This document shows positions 48,801 to 58,330 of a DNA stretch of 64,000 bases, piece after piece. The stretch comes from Alphaproteobacteria bacterium (GTDB lineage: Bacteria; Pseudomonadota; Alphaproteobacteria; RF32; CAG-239), in NCBI GenBank assembly GCA_017939155.1, contig JAGAZZ010000044.1, forward strand, positions 92,344-156,343, written 5' to 3'. Under the pieces are notes generated by a model that was not told the origin of the DNA, ran no database searches, and worked only from the letters and a program-made list of their open reading frames with translations. Position 1 is the stretch's first letter. Each line of letters begins with the position of its first letter. A program made the position numbers and the translations under genes.

Positions 48801-49532
48801 CTATTGGGCGTCGTTTATTGATGCTAAAACATCATTGATTCTGGCTTTGAAATCATCAGAAATATTGCCATTGGTCAAAAGTTCTTGATAAAGAGCGCGA
48901 CCTTTCTCCAAATCTTTATTTTGAATAGCCGACATCGCTAAAAGTTCTTTTGCCATCGAAACCCAAGAGCTGTTCGCGTCATTGGCAATCGGCGAAAGCA
49001 AAGTTTCAATTTCAGCATACGGAGCAGAATCAATTTTGTAAGTAGCCAATTTAATTGCGGCGATTTCTCTGATTTTATTAGAAACTTCCGTATCTTGCCA
49101 AATTTCGCTTAAATTTTTAAGCCCTCTCTCGGTTTGGTTGTTATCAAGCAAAATGTTGACAATTTGTAAACGAGCCATATCTTTATATAAGCCGCTTTCG
49201 GTTGCCACAATGTTTTCAAGCTCGGCAATATTGTCTTCAAAATCTTTCTGTGCGGCTAATGCTTGAACATAGCGGACATTCTCTTGCTCCGCTTTTTCCA
49301 AACGCCATTGTCCGATTTTTTCATAGCCGACCGCAACAGATAAAAAGATAATCAAAAGCGCTAAAAATATCCCGCCGTATTTATTGATAAGTTTTTTAAA
49401 TTTTTCGTTTCTGACTTCTTCGTCAACTTCATCAAAAAAAGCTTTTTCAGCATCTAAATTAAAATACTGATTGCCGCCGTTTTGCCCTTTTGCGGTATCC
49501 TGCTCTGCGCCACGCTTGATATTTTTAGCCAT
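48801..49532 (-). CDS. YfgM-like membrane-anchored TPR-like protein (UPF0070)
   Basis: Single N-terminal TM, helical TPR-like periplasmic domain, conserved location immediately upstream of bamB. Confidence 0.6.
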   Translation of the reverse strand: MAKNIKRGAEQDTAKGQNGGNQYFNLDAEKAFFDEVDEEVRNEKFKKLINKYGGIFLALLIIFLSVAVGYEKIGQWRLEKAEQENVRYVQALAAQKDFEDNIAELENIVATESGLYKDMARLQIVNILLDNNQTERGLKNLSEIWQDTEVSNKIREIAAIKLATYKIDSAPYAEIETLLSPIANDANSSWVSMAKELLAMSAIQNKDLEKGRALYQELLTNGNISDDFKARINDVLASINDAQ

Positions 49533-49616
49533 GATAATCTAATCCTTCCGATAAAAAATAAACGTTTTAATACAAAATATATACATTTCCGCCTGCTATG
49601 CAACGAAAATCTGAAT

Positions 49617-50768
49617 TTAATTACCAGTTAATTTACGGATAACATAGTCCTTAAGCCATAACAAATCCGAAACCGGAAGCCTGCTGCCGAAAGTAATGAT
49701 TTTGTCATCGCTGATAACCGCCAAACTGTAACGGTCAATCGTCGGGTTGTAACTAAGCTCGACATTTTCAATTTTCTTGACATCTAAAGTGTCCGTCTTA
49801 AGAACAGAACCGAAAAGCGTTTCGCATACAGCTATACGGCTATCGCTGATAATCAGGCGATACGAATTAAACAATTTCAGCGCAAAATAAGCAACGACTA
49901 CAAGCAAAATAGCACCCAGCGCCCAATATTTAAGCGGTAACGTTGTCCCGATTATTGTCAAATAAACCCCGCCTGCCGTGAGCAGAAAAACAGCGGCAAT
50001 GGCAATAAACAAAAACAGCGTGCTGAATGTGTCCCAATAAATGCCGGCTGGCTCAATAACGGTTTCCAACTTCTTTTCTTCAATCTCTAAAGAAGCCGGT
50101 GCCGGAAATTTCCCGCTGGCGATAAAAGGAAGTTTCCCTGCATCAGCCAATTCTTTTAAAGATTTATCCAAATCCGTATACTCGCGTTGAACTAATCCTC
50201 TGTCGCCGATACTCAAAGCCGGAAGCTTAAACATCTTAGCATATCCCTCCCAAATTTTGCGGATATTTTTATTTTTGGTAGAAATATAAAGCGGAATAAT
50301 TTTGTTAGGGTCTTGATGATAAAGGTCAATAATATAGCGATTTTTATTAAACAGCCCCGATTGAATAAACAAAACTCTCAACCGAACCCCCGCATAACCC
50401 GATAACGGTTCTGAAAAACTATAAGTCACACCGACCGCCGGTCTGCAAAAAATCTTAAATTCCTTTCCGTCAAAAAAGATTTTTTTAGCACGGATAAAAG
50501 AAAACACCGAACCGATAATAAGTCCTAAAGCCAAAAAAATGACGAAAACGGCGCCAATCTCAACCGTCAGCAAGGATTTTCCGCCCATATTTTCTGCATT
50601 AATGAAGTTTAATAACTCAAATATGCCTAAACCAAGCAACATACTGCCGAAAATAATTCCTAAAACTGACATCAAAGCCGATGACCTGTCGGTAACCGTT
50701 GCCGGAAGTTTTGCAAAGTCAAATTTTAGGTTAGAGCTGAAATGGTCGGGAACACGCGTTAACATCAA
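49617..50768 (-). CDS. Hypothetical polytopic membrane protein (383 aa)
   Basis: Two pairs of TM helices flanking soluble segments; no known motif. Confidence 0.5.
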   Translation of the reverse strand: MMLTRVPDHFSSNLKFDFAKLPATVTDRSSALMSVLGIIFGSMLLGLGIFELLNFINAENMGGKSLLTVEIGAVFVIFLALGLIIGSVFSFIRAKKIFFDGKEFKIFCRPAVGVTYSFSEPLSGYAGVRLRVLFIQSGLFNKNRYIIDLYHQDPNKIIPLYISTKNKNIRKIWEGYAKMFKLPALSIGDRGLVQREYTDLDKSLKELADAGKLPFIASGKFPAPASLEIEEKKLETVIEPAGIYWDTFSTLFLFIAIAAVFLLTAGGVYLTIIGTTLPLKYWALGAILLVVVAYFALKLFNSYRLIISDSRIAVCETLFGSVLKTDTLDVKKIENVELSYNPTIDRYSLAVISDDKIITFGSRLPVSDLLWLKDYVIRKLTGN

Positions 50769-50921
50769 AATCTCCGTTAAAAAATCTTAAATCAACCTTA
50801 TTATATATCATAAAAAAAAAGATTCACCTCTTTTTTATATCTCTTGCGTAAAAATGTTTAAAACTTAAAGCTTGTCTTTCAAATATTTTTTTGTTAAAAC
50901 GAAAAACGAAAGGATAAAATA

Positions 50922-52064
50922 TTGAGTGAACAATGTCAAAATTGCGGCGGGTGCGTCTTCCGCACGCTGGAAAAACAAGCCTACCGGCAAAAGAAAGAAA
51001 ATGATTTTAAACAAACTATCGGGCAGATAAAAAACGCCTCTCCGTTGATTGATGCCCCCGTATTTATTGATGACGGTTTGCGCCGGCGTGCCGATATGGC
51101 TTTTTCCTACCAAAAAGGAAAGCTGATAATAGGCTTTAACGAAGCTTTAAGTCATAATTTGGTTGACATCAAAGACTGCCCGATGTTAACGCCGGAATTA
51201 AACGCGTTATTGCCAAAGTTGCGTCACTTTTTAGAAGAATTTTGTTCAATCCGCTTGAACGTTAAAAATAAAAAGAAAAAGCTCGAAACCATAACCATAA
51301 AAAGCGGCTCGGTTCATCTTCTCAACGCCGATAATGGAATAGACATTGTCTTAACACTCTCCGCCGAACCGGGGCTGGAACATCGCTTGCTCACGGCAGA
51401 TTTTATTAATGCCAATCCCGAAATTTGCCGTATTTCTTGGGGCAAAGAGGGGGAGGTTCCCGAAAAAATTGCCGAAACGCAACCGCCCGAGCTCTATATC
51501 GCAGGCTTTGCCATAGAAATCCCCCAAAGGGCTTTTTTGCAAGCTTCAAAAGCAGCCGAACAGGCAATGATTAAAACCGTCCTTTCTTATATGTCCCCAA
51601 CCACCGGCAAAATAGCTGACCTCTTTTGCGGTTTGGGAACGTTCACTTATCCTTTAGCGCAAAATAAAGCAAACGAAATAATCAGCGCCGATTCGTCCAA
51701 AACTTCACTGCAGGGGCTGAAAAAAGCACTTGACCGCAATCAAATTCATAACGTGAAAATTATCGAAAGAAACTTATTTAAATATCCGTTTGACGCTGAT
51801 GACTTCAAAAACATCAAAGCCATCGTGATGGACCCGCCACGCGCCGGTGCGCACGAGCAATGCAGAACGTTATCAGAGCTTGCCCCGTCTGCCAAGCCTG
51901 AAAAAATCGTCTTCATATCCTGCAATCCCAAAACTTTTGTTTATGACGCGCAAGTGTTAATCAACGCCGGTTATGTTTTTGAGCGCGTCACGTTGATTGA
52001 CCAGTTTGTTTATTCTAAACATCAGGAGCTGATAGCCCTGTTTACCTATAACCCTAAAAAATAA
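50922..52064 (+). CDS. RNA (uracil-5)-methyltransferase of the RlmD/TrmA family with N-terminal Fe-S Cys cluster
   Basis: CQNCGGC cluster; SAM-MTase motifs DLFCGLGTFT and VMDPPRAG; TTG start. Confidence 0.7.
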   Translation: MSEQCQNCGGCVFRTLEKQAYRQKKENDFKQTIGQIKNASPLIDAPVFIDDGLRRRADMAFSYQKGKLIIGFNEALSHNLVDIKDCPMLTPELNALLPKLRHFLEEFCSIRLNVKNKKKKLETITIKSGSVHLLNADNGIDIVLTLSAEPGLEHRLLTADFINANPEICRISWGKEGEVPEKIAETQPPELYIAGFAIEIPQRAFLQASKAAEQAMIKTVLSYMSPTTGKIADLFCGLGTFTYPLAQNKANEIISADSSKTSLQGLKKALDRNQIHNVKIIERNLFKYPFDADDFKNIKAIVMDPPRAGAHEQCRTLSELAPSAKPEKIVFISCNPKTFVYDAQVLINAGYVFERVTLIDQFVYSKHQELIALFTYNPKK

Positions 52065-52077
52065 TAAGGAGTATAAT

Positions 52078-54042
52078 ATGATAGAAAATTCTCGTCTGAA
52101 AAATATGGCAAATGCGATTCGCTTTTTAGCCGCTGACGCGATTAATAAATCAAATTCCGGTCACCCCGGAATGCCGCTCGGAATGGCTGATGTTGCCAGC
52201 GTTTTATTCGGCGAATATATAAAATTAAACCCTCAAGCGCCCAAATGGTTTAATCGTGACCGTTTCGTTCTTTCTGCCGGTCATGGCTCAATGCTTTTAT
52301 ACTCTCTATTATATCTGACCGGTTATGAAGATATAAATATCAATGATATAAAAAAATTCCGTCAATTTGGCTCCAAAACTGCCGGTCACCCCGAATATGG
52401 TCATTTAGACGGAATAGATATGACCACAGGTCCGTTAGGGCAGGGTATCTCTTCTGCCGTCGGTATGGCGTTGGCAGAACGTATGCTCAATGCCAAATAT
52501 GGGGATGAGCTTTGCTCTCATTACACTTATGTCATTGCCGGAGATGGTTGCTTGATGGAGGGAATCTCGGAAGAATCTGCCTCTCTTGCCGGACATCTGA
52601 AATTAAATAAATTGATTGTCTTTTGGGATAATAATAACATCACAATTGATGGCACGGTTGATAAATCAAGCTCAACTGACCAATTAAAGCGTTTTGAGGC
52701 AATGGGCTGGAACACGCTAAGCATTAACGGTCATGATTTTGACGAGATAAGAACAGCGATAAAAACAGCGCAAGCTTCCGCCAAGCCGACCTTAATCGCC
52801 TGCAAAACCACAATCGGTTTCGGCGCGCCGACCAAATGCGGAACCTCTAAATGTCACGGCTCACCTCTGGGAGAGGCCGAAACGGCGGCTATGCGCCAGG
52901 CGCTGAACTGGACAAGTGCCCCGTTTGAAATCCCCTCCACAATTCTGGCAGACTGGCGTGCCACGCAAGACAGAAATAAAACCGCCTATCAAACTTGGGT
53001 AAATGCGGCAGAAAAAGCCGGTGCCGAGTTTAGGCTTGTGATTGCCAACAAATTGCCTAACGGTTGGGATAATGAGTTAAATAACTTAAAAAAACAGGCT
53101 CTCCTTGATGAGCCCAAAGTAGCCACGCGTAAAGCCTCGGAAATGTGCTTAAAAGCCATCGTTCCGCATATTCCGGAAATTGTCGGCGGTTCGGCAGACC
53201 TTGCGGCGTCCAATTTAACATTTGTTGAAGGCTTAAAAACCGTCACCAAAGAAGACTATCACGGTAATAATATTATGTATGGCATACGCGAGCACGCAAT
53301 GGGCGCGATGATGAACGGTATGGCGTTGCACGGCGGCGTTATCCCTTATGGCGGAACGTTCTTTGTCTTTTCTGACTATTTGCGTCCGTCCATGCGTTTG
53401 GCCGCTTTAATGGGAATACGCGTGATTTATGTTTTAACCCACGATTCGATAGGTGTTGGTGAAGACGGACCGACACATCAGCCGATAGAACACTTAGCTT
53501 CTTACCGGGCAATGCCGAATATCTTAACGTTCCGTCCGTGTGATGTCATCGAAACGGCGGAATGTTGGCAGGAAGCCTTAACCGAAGAACATCGTCCGAG
53601 CCTCTTGGCTTTATCGCGCCAAAATCTCCCGTTGTTGAGAAAATCAATTGATAAAAACTTGTCTGCCAAAGGTGCTTATGTCATTTCGCCTTGTGCCAAA
53701 GAGCGTGACGTGACCATAATCGCCACCGGTTCGGAAGTGCATATCGCTGTTGAAGCGCAGAAAAAACTGGCAGAGCATAAAATTAACGCTGCTGTGGTTT
53801 CTATGCCGTGTATGGAGCTTTTTGAAGAGCAAAGTCTGAATTATCAGCTTGAAGTTTTGGGCACAAAACCGGTTGTAAGCGTTGAAGCCGGAACAACGTT
53901 CGGTTGGAACCGTTACGCCAAAAAAACTATCGGTATAGATTCGTTCGGAGCTTCGGCGCCTGCGGATAAACTGTATGAATATTTTGGCTTAACCGCTGAA
54001 AACATAGCCGATAAAGTTGAAAAATTCTTGCAAAAATGCTAA
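52078..54042 (+). CDS. tkt: Transketolase
   Basis: ThDP-binding GHPG, GDGC.MEG, and transketolase C-terminal domains; 654 aa. Confidence 0.95.
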   Translation: MIENSRLKNMANAIRFLAADAINKSNSGHPGMPLGMADVASVLFGEYIKLNPQAPKWFNRDRFVLSAGHGSMLLYSLLYLTGYEDININDIKKFRQFGSKTAGHPEYGHLDGIDMTTGPLGQGISSAVGMALAERMLNAKYGDELCSHYTYVIAGDGCLMEGISEESASLAGHLKLNKLIVFWDNNNITIDGTVDKSSSTDQLKRFEAMGWNTLSINGHDFDEIRTAIKTAQASAKPTLIACKTTIGFGAPTKCGTSKCHGSPLGEAETAAMRQALNWTSAPFEIPSTILADWRATQDRNKTAYQTWVNAAEKAGAEFRLVIANKLPNGWDNELNNLKKQALLDEPKVATRKASEMCLKAIVPHIPEIVGGSADLAASNLTFVEGLKTVTKEDYHGNNIMYGIREHAMGAMMNGMALHGGVIPYGGTFFVFSDYLRPSMRLAALMGIRVIYVLTHDSIGVGEDGPTHQPIEHLASYRAMPNILTFRPCDVIETAECWQEALTEEHRPSLLALSRQNLPLLRKSIDKNLSAKGAYVISPCAKERDVTIIATGSEVHIAVEAQKKLAEHKINAAVVSMPCMELFEEQSLNYQLEVLGTKPVVSVEAGTTFGWNRYAKKTIGIDSFGASAPADKLYEYFGLTAENIADKVEKFLQKC

Positions 54043-54047
54043 AAAAG

Positions 54048-54063
54048 GGGAGGTTCGCCTCCC
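54048..54063. terminator. Bidirectional terminator hairpin between tkt and the convergent transglutaminase-like gene
   Basis: GGGAGG-TTCG-CCTCCC perfect hairpin followed by T-rich sequence. Confidence 0.65.
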
Positions 54064-54064
54064 T

Positions 54065-54754
54065 TTATTTTTCTTTGTGTCGGTAGTGGCGTTTTTGAAT
54101 TTCATCTTTATAGTCAAAGTCAAAATAAAATGTATCGAAATCATTAACTGCACGGTGCTTTTGGCTGTCTTTTTTGATTTCTTTAAGCGCGCGGCGGTGG
54201 CGCAAATTATTAACTCTGCCGGAGGCTCCGGTTGTCCCTTTAGCCATAAAAGTTGTATCAACGTAGATTTTTTTAGCCCCGTCATAAAAATAATTCCAGG
54301 CGTGGGCGCTGTTTTGCTTATCTCTTAAGGTCAAAGACCGTCCGGCGGGATAGGCAAATCCGCTGACCCTGCGGGCGCGAATCCCCGCTTTTTTGCATAA
54401 AGCATTAAATAAATCGGCAAAGTCACCGCAAAGCCCGACGCGGGATTTCAAAAGCTCTCGTGGTTCTTGGCTTTTATACGACTTAATCAATCGGGTTGTC
54501 TGCCCGTTATTATAAAGGTAATCGTCATAATAAATATGCCCGGCAATCCAAAAGGCGATAGCTTTGGCCTTGTCATAATCTTCATCAAATGGTTTGCTCA
54601 GATATTTTGCCAGCGCATAAACGGAATCTTCCGCTTCATTCGGCGTTTTGTTAACATACGCTTCAATTTGTCGGGAGGAATAATGTTTGGCATATCCCTC
54701 AAAACTATAAAACAAGCAACAAAAACAAAAAAATAACCTTAAAATAATCCGCAT
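54065..54754 (-). CDS. Secreted transglutaminase-like cysteine protease superfamily protein
   Basis: Signal peptide; core Cys-His-Asp motifs RVGLCGDFADLFNALCKKAGIRARRVSGF, NSAHAWN, YVDTTF. Confidence 0.7.
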   Translation of the reverse strand: MRIILRLFFCFCCLFYSFEGYAKHYSSRQIEAYVNKTPNEAEDSVYALAKYLSKPFDEDYDKAKAIAFWIAGHIYYDDYLYNNGQTTRLIKSYKSQEPRELLKSRVGLCGDFADLFNALCKKAGIRARRVSGFAYPAGRSLTLRDKQNSAHAWNYFYDGAKKIYVDTTFMAKGTTGASGRVNNLRHRRALKEIKKDSQKHRAVNDFDTFYFDFDYKDEIQKRHYRHKEK

Positions 54755-54909
54755 AAAACCAGTCCTTTATTAAAAAAATCCACAAAAACAGAATAATTTA
54801 ATAAAATTAAATTTTATTTAATGTGCTAAAATCGCAGAAAATCAGCAAGTTAATAGACGGTATCATAATACCGTTAAACAACATATTGAAAAAGCGTAAA
54901 ACTTTTTTG

Positions 54910-54937
54910 TTGACATTTGTTTTTTTTACTCTATATT
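54910..54937 (+). promoter_or_regulatory. Candidate sigma70 promoter of the rplM-rpsI operon
   Basis: TTGACA (54910-15), 16-nt spacer, TATATT (54932-37), ~45 nt upstream of rplM. Confidence 0.5.
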
Positions 54938-54981
54938 ACCCCTCGAATTTAACATAAATTTTTAGAAAAGAGACCAATAAT

Positions 54982-55452
54982 ATGAATAATACATACGCAA
55001 CAAAGCCGTCTGATATTACGAGAAAATGGTATGTTGTTGACGCAACAGACGTTGTATTGGGCCGTCTTGCCGCTCAGGTAGCAATTTTGCTCCGTGGTAA
55101 ACACAAGCCTTATTTCACACCAAACTTGGATTGTGGTGATTATGTTGTTGTCATCAATGCCGACAAAGTAAAATTAACCGGCAAAAAATTGACAGATAAA
55201 AAATATTTCAAACACACCGGCTGGATTGGCGGTATTAAAGAAACGACTGCCGGCAAAATCTTAAACAGCCGTTTTCCTGAAAGAGTTGTTGAGAAAGCTG
55301 TTGAACGTATGATTTCCCGCAATCCGATGGGACGTCAGCAAATGACAAAATTAAAAGTATATGCCGGTGAAAATCATCCGCATACTGCTCAAAATCCTGA
55401 AGTTCTGGACATCGCTTCCAAGAACCCGAAAAATAAAAGGAGTGAACTGTAA
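54982..55452 (+). CDS. rplM: 50S ribosomal protein L13
   Basis: KW.VVDA...LGRLA..VA..L.GK L13 signature. Confidence 0.95.
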   Translation: MNNTYATKPSDITRKWYVVDATDVVLGRLAAQVAILLRGKHKPYFTPNLDCGDYVVVINADKVKLTGKKLTDKKYFKHTGWIGGIKETTAGKILNSRFPERVVEKAVERMISRNPMGRQQMTKLKVYAGENHPHTAQNPEVLDIASKNPKNKRSEL

Positions 55453-55937
55453 TGGCTACTAAAAAAATCGAATCTTTAACGGAAATCAAAGAAGCCGTTG
55501 CCGCAGCTCCGGCAGAAGCTGTTTCAAAGCGCAAACCTTCTCGTGATAAACAAGGTCGCTCTTATGCAACCGGTAAAAGAAAGAATGCCGTTGCCCGCGT
55601 ATGGATTATGCCCGGCAAAGGCAATATCACCATCAATGAAAAACCGGTAGATACATATTTTGCTCGTCCGGTTTTGAAAATGATTATCAACCAACCGTTT
55701 GAAATCACCAATCGTGAAAACGAATTTGACGTTGTATGCACAGTACAAGGCGGTGGTTTGTCCGGTCAGGCTGGCGCTATCAAACACGGTATTTCCAAAG
55801 CTCTTAACGAATATGAGCCGGAACTCCGCACTGTTTTGAAACAAGCTGGTTTCTTAACCCGTGATGACCGTGTTGTAGAACGTAAAAAATACGGTCGCGC
55901 TAAAGCCCGCCGTTCATACCAGTTCTCTAAACGTTAA
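55452..55937 (+). CDS. rpsI: 30S ribosomal protein S9
   Basis: C-terminal GGG.SGQAGA..HGI..AL....[16 protein letters not shown]. Confidence 0.95.
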   Translation: MATKKIESLTEIKEAVAAAPAEAVSKRKPSRDKQGRSYATGKRKNAVARVWIMPGKGNITINEKPVDTYFARPVLKMIINQPFEITNRENEFDVVCTVQGGGLSGQAGAIKHGISKALNEYEPELRTVLKQAGFLTRDDRVVERKKYGRAKARRSYQFSKR

Positions 55938-55963
55938 TTGTCAGGCTATATGCAAAAAAGAAA

Positions 55964-55992
55964 GAGGTTGCGGTTTGCGACCTCTTTTTTTG
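55964..55992 (+). terminator. Intrinsic terminator after rpsI
   Basis: AGAGGTTGC-GGTT-GCGACCTCT hairpin followed by T7. Confidence 0.7.
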
Positions 55993-56178
55993 TGAAATAA
56001 CTAAATTCAAAAACGTTTTAGGCTATCTTTCCGGTCTGTGGCAGTGCAAACAGTGCTATTGAACTAAGCATAAAAGAACTTGAACAATATACCCTAAACC
56101 AAGGTTGGATTGATGTTTGTAAATTAATCGAACCAACAAAAAAGCTTCCGAATATTTCGGAAGCTCTTTAATGAACTT

Positions 56179-57063
56179 TTAATTTGTCTCATCAATCCCG
56201 ATATAGGATTTGAAACGCGTTAAATTAGCCTGATACGCCAAAACCCGTTCACTGATACCGTAGTTCAGATAATGAAGCTTTAAGATGTCTTTGTAGCCTT
56301 TGTTAACCAGCAAAAACAAAGCTTCGTCACTAAGCGGATGTTTGTCGACATATAAAGCGAGAAGCTTTTTGTCACCATGCTTGGCAAGATGTCGCTGGAT
56401 AAAGCTTGGTATGTAGTGATGGGCAAAATAAACCTGCAAATAGTCGATATTGTCGTCCGTAATCAGACTTTCCAAGGTGTTGTTGCTAACCTCACAATGG
56501 CTAACTAAAATCTCGAAAAGCGCCAAATTTTTACTCCTGATAATAATCTGCTCTTGATGGGGGGGTAAACCATTGCCGAACGTAATGGCGGGAACATAAG
56601 CTGTAAATAAATCGCAATTCTGCATTTGTAGCAGGTAGTCTACCGTACAAGGGTAGAAAGATTGACGATATTTTGCAACAAATTTAAGTCGCTCGTTTTT
56701 ATCATGTATCCCCTTAAAGAAGGCAAGTTGGGCATCTTTATCAAGGGGGACGGTCTGATTAAGCACATCATAAAGAAAAAGACTTCCGCTTAAGGCAATA
56801 AGCATATGATGTCCGACATTTTTGCAACACCCGAATTTCTTGATATAAGCGGCAACAAGGTTCTCATCCTTTTTGACATATTCCTCTAAAAACATCATCT
56901 CAAAAGCTTGCGGCAAATGATAGTCAAGCACAAATTTTTCAAGAAAATCCTTAGAACAACATTGACATTTGATAACATACTCAAGATATTCGAGCGGAAT
57001 ATCCTGTCCGAAATACCGATACAGCCAAACAGCGCGTTTAGCCTTTTTTAGTTCTCTTTTCAT
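56179..57063 (-). CDS. Hypothetical 294-aa protein, orphan
   Basis: Clean ORF with no signal peptide, terminator hairpin AGCTTCCGAA-TAT-TTCGGAAGCT at 56143..56165, internal C7 tract (G7 on + at 56559..56565). Confidence 0.5.
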   Translation of the reverse strand: MKRELKKAKRAVWLYRYFGQDIPLEYLEYVIKCQCCSKDFLEKFVLDYHLPQAFEMMFLEEYVKKDENLVAAYIKKFGCCKNVGHHMLIALSGSLFLYDVLNQTVPLDKDAQLAFFKGIHDKNERLKFVAKYRQSFYPCTVDYLLQMQNCDLFTAYVPAITFGNGLPPHQEQIIIRSKNLALFEILVSHCEVSNNTLESLITDDNIDYLQVYFAHHYIPSFIQRHLAKHGDKKLLALYVDKHPLSDEALFLLVNKGYKDILKLHYLNYGISERVLAYQANLTRFKSYIGIDETN

Positions 57064-57218
57064 AAAAATAAAAAATTAAAAATTAGACATAAAATTACAT
57101 TTCACGCCTTAAAGCATAATGTAAAATATTTTTTTGTCAATAAGAAAAAAGGGCAAAAAAATATTTAAGGATTTTTGGAGAATGTAATTTAATCAGATAA
57201 AAGAGTGTATTTTTTAGC

Positions 57219-57248
57219 TTGACAAAATAAAATTTATCCCCATATAAT
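57219..57248 (+). promoter_or_regulatory. Candidate sigma70 promoter of the TPR gene
   Basis: TTGACA (57219-24), 18-nt spacer, TATAAT (57243-48), 43 nt upstream of ATG. Confidence 0.5.
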
Positions 57249-57290
57249 ATCAACGTTAAATTATTTTGTAAAACTATGTAGAGAAAGAAT

Positions 57291-58250
57291 ATGGTTAAGT
57301 TAAGTGATAATAACGCCTATAAAAGAGGGCAAGAACTATTAGATTCAGGAATGTGCAGAGAAGCTATTGCTCAGTTTGATGAGTTTTTGGCAAGCCAGCC
57401 TGATAACTGGAAAGCAATTAACTCTAAAGGGTTTGCTTTTCAAAAAATGAGCAAATATACGGAAGCAGTTGAGTGCTTTGATAAAGCGCTGCTGATAAAT
57501 CCGAAGTCTGTTGAAGTGCTGAATAACAAAGGCGTGACTTTGAGTATGCGCGGTTTGTATAAAGAAGCCATTAACTGTTTTGAACAGGCTTTTGCTAATG
57601 ACCCGACTTCTCTTGAAGCCTTAAACGGCAAAGCAATTGCTTTGCAACACATGTTTTTATTCAAAGAGGCTTTAGATGTTTTACAACAAGCATATCAGAT
57701 TGACTCAAAACACCCGCAGACTCTGTTGAGTATTGCTGTAACTTTGCAAAAATTGAAGCAATACGAGCGGGCAATCGGTTATTTTAAAAAGGTTTTAGGA
57801 TTAGACAAGTCCAATGTCAAAGCATGGAACGGTATCGGCGTAACCTATCAGTTGATGGGTGATAACGATTCGGCTCTAAAATGCTTTACGAAAATCTTAA
57901 ATATAGACAGTACCGAAATCCAAGCATGGATAAGTATCGGTTTTGTTTATCAAAAAATGTTTAAGTTCAAAGACGCTTTGAAATGCTACAATAAAGCCAA
58001 AAATTTGGTTGATGGTCGCTATCATCATAAGCTCTATGACGGTTTGGCTTCCTGCTTAACCAAACTTTCTGAGTTTGACCAGGCAATAGAAATTTATAAA
58101 CACATCTTTCAGCGTGAAGAAGGCAAAAAGAAATGGGACGCCCAGCGGTCAATTAAGTTTGTCAACAAACTTAAACGCAAAAAAGCTATCGGTATGCTTC
58201 CTGATGTTATGCCTTCAGATTCTCCGTCGGCGGATGAAAATAACGCCTGA
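57291..58250 (+). CDS. Tetratricopeptide-repeat protein
   Basis: Seven or more consecutive 34-aa TPR units (W.N.G..Y...G.Y..A...F..AL..DP). Confidence 0.75.
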   Translation: MVKLSDNNAYKRGQELLDSGMCREAIAQFDEFLASQPDNWKAINSKGFAFQKMSKYTEAVECFDKALLINPKSVEVLNNKGVTLSMRGLYKEAINCFEQAFANDPTSLEALNGKAIALQHMFLFKEALDVLQQAYQIDSKHPQTLLSIAVTLQKLKQYERAIGYFKKVLGLDKSNVKAWNGIGVTYQLMGDNDSALKCFTKILNIDSTEIQAWISIGFVYQKMFKFKDALKCYNKAKNLVDGRYHHKLYDGLASCLTKLSEFDQAIEIYKHIFQREEGKKKWDAQRSIKFVNKLKRKKAIGMLPDVMPSDSPSADENNA

Positions 58251-58330
58251 TTTATAAGAAAACGCATATCCTGAAAGGATGGCAAACATCCTGCTCTCAG
58301 GTGTATTAAAAACAGATAAAGCGAGGCAAT

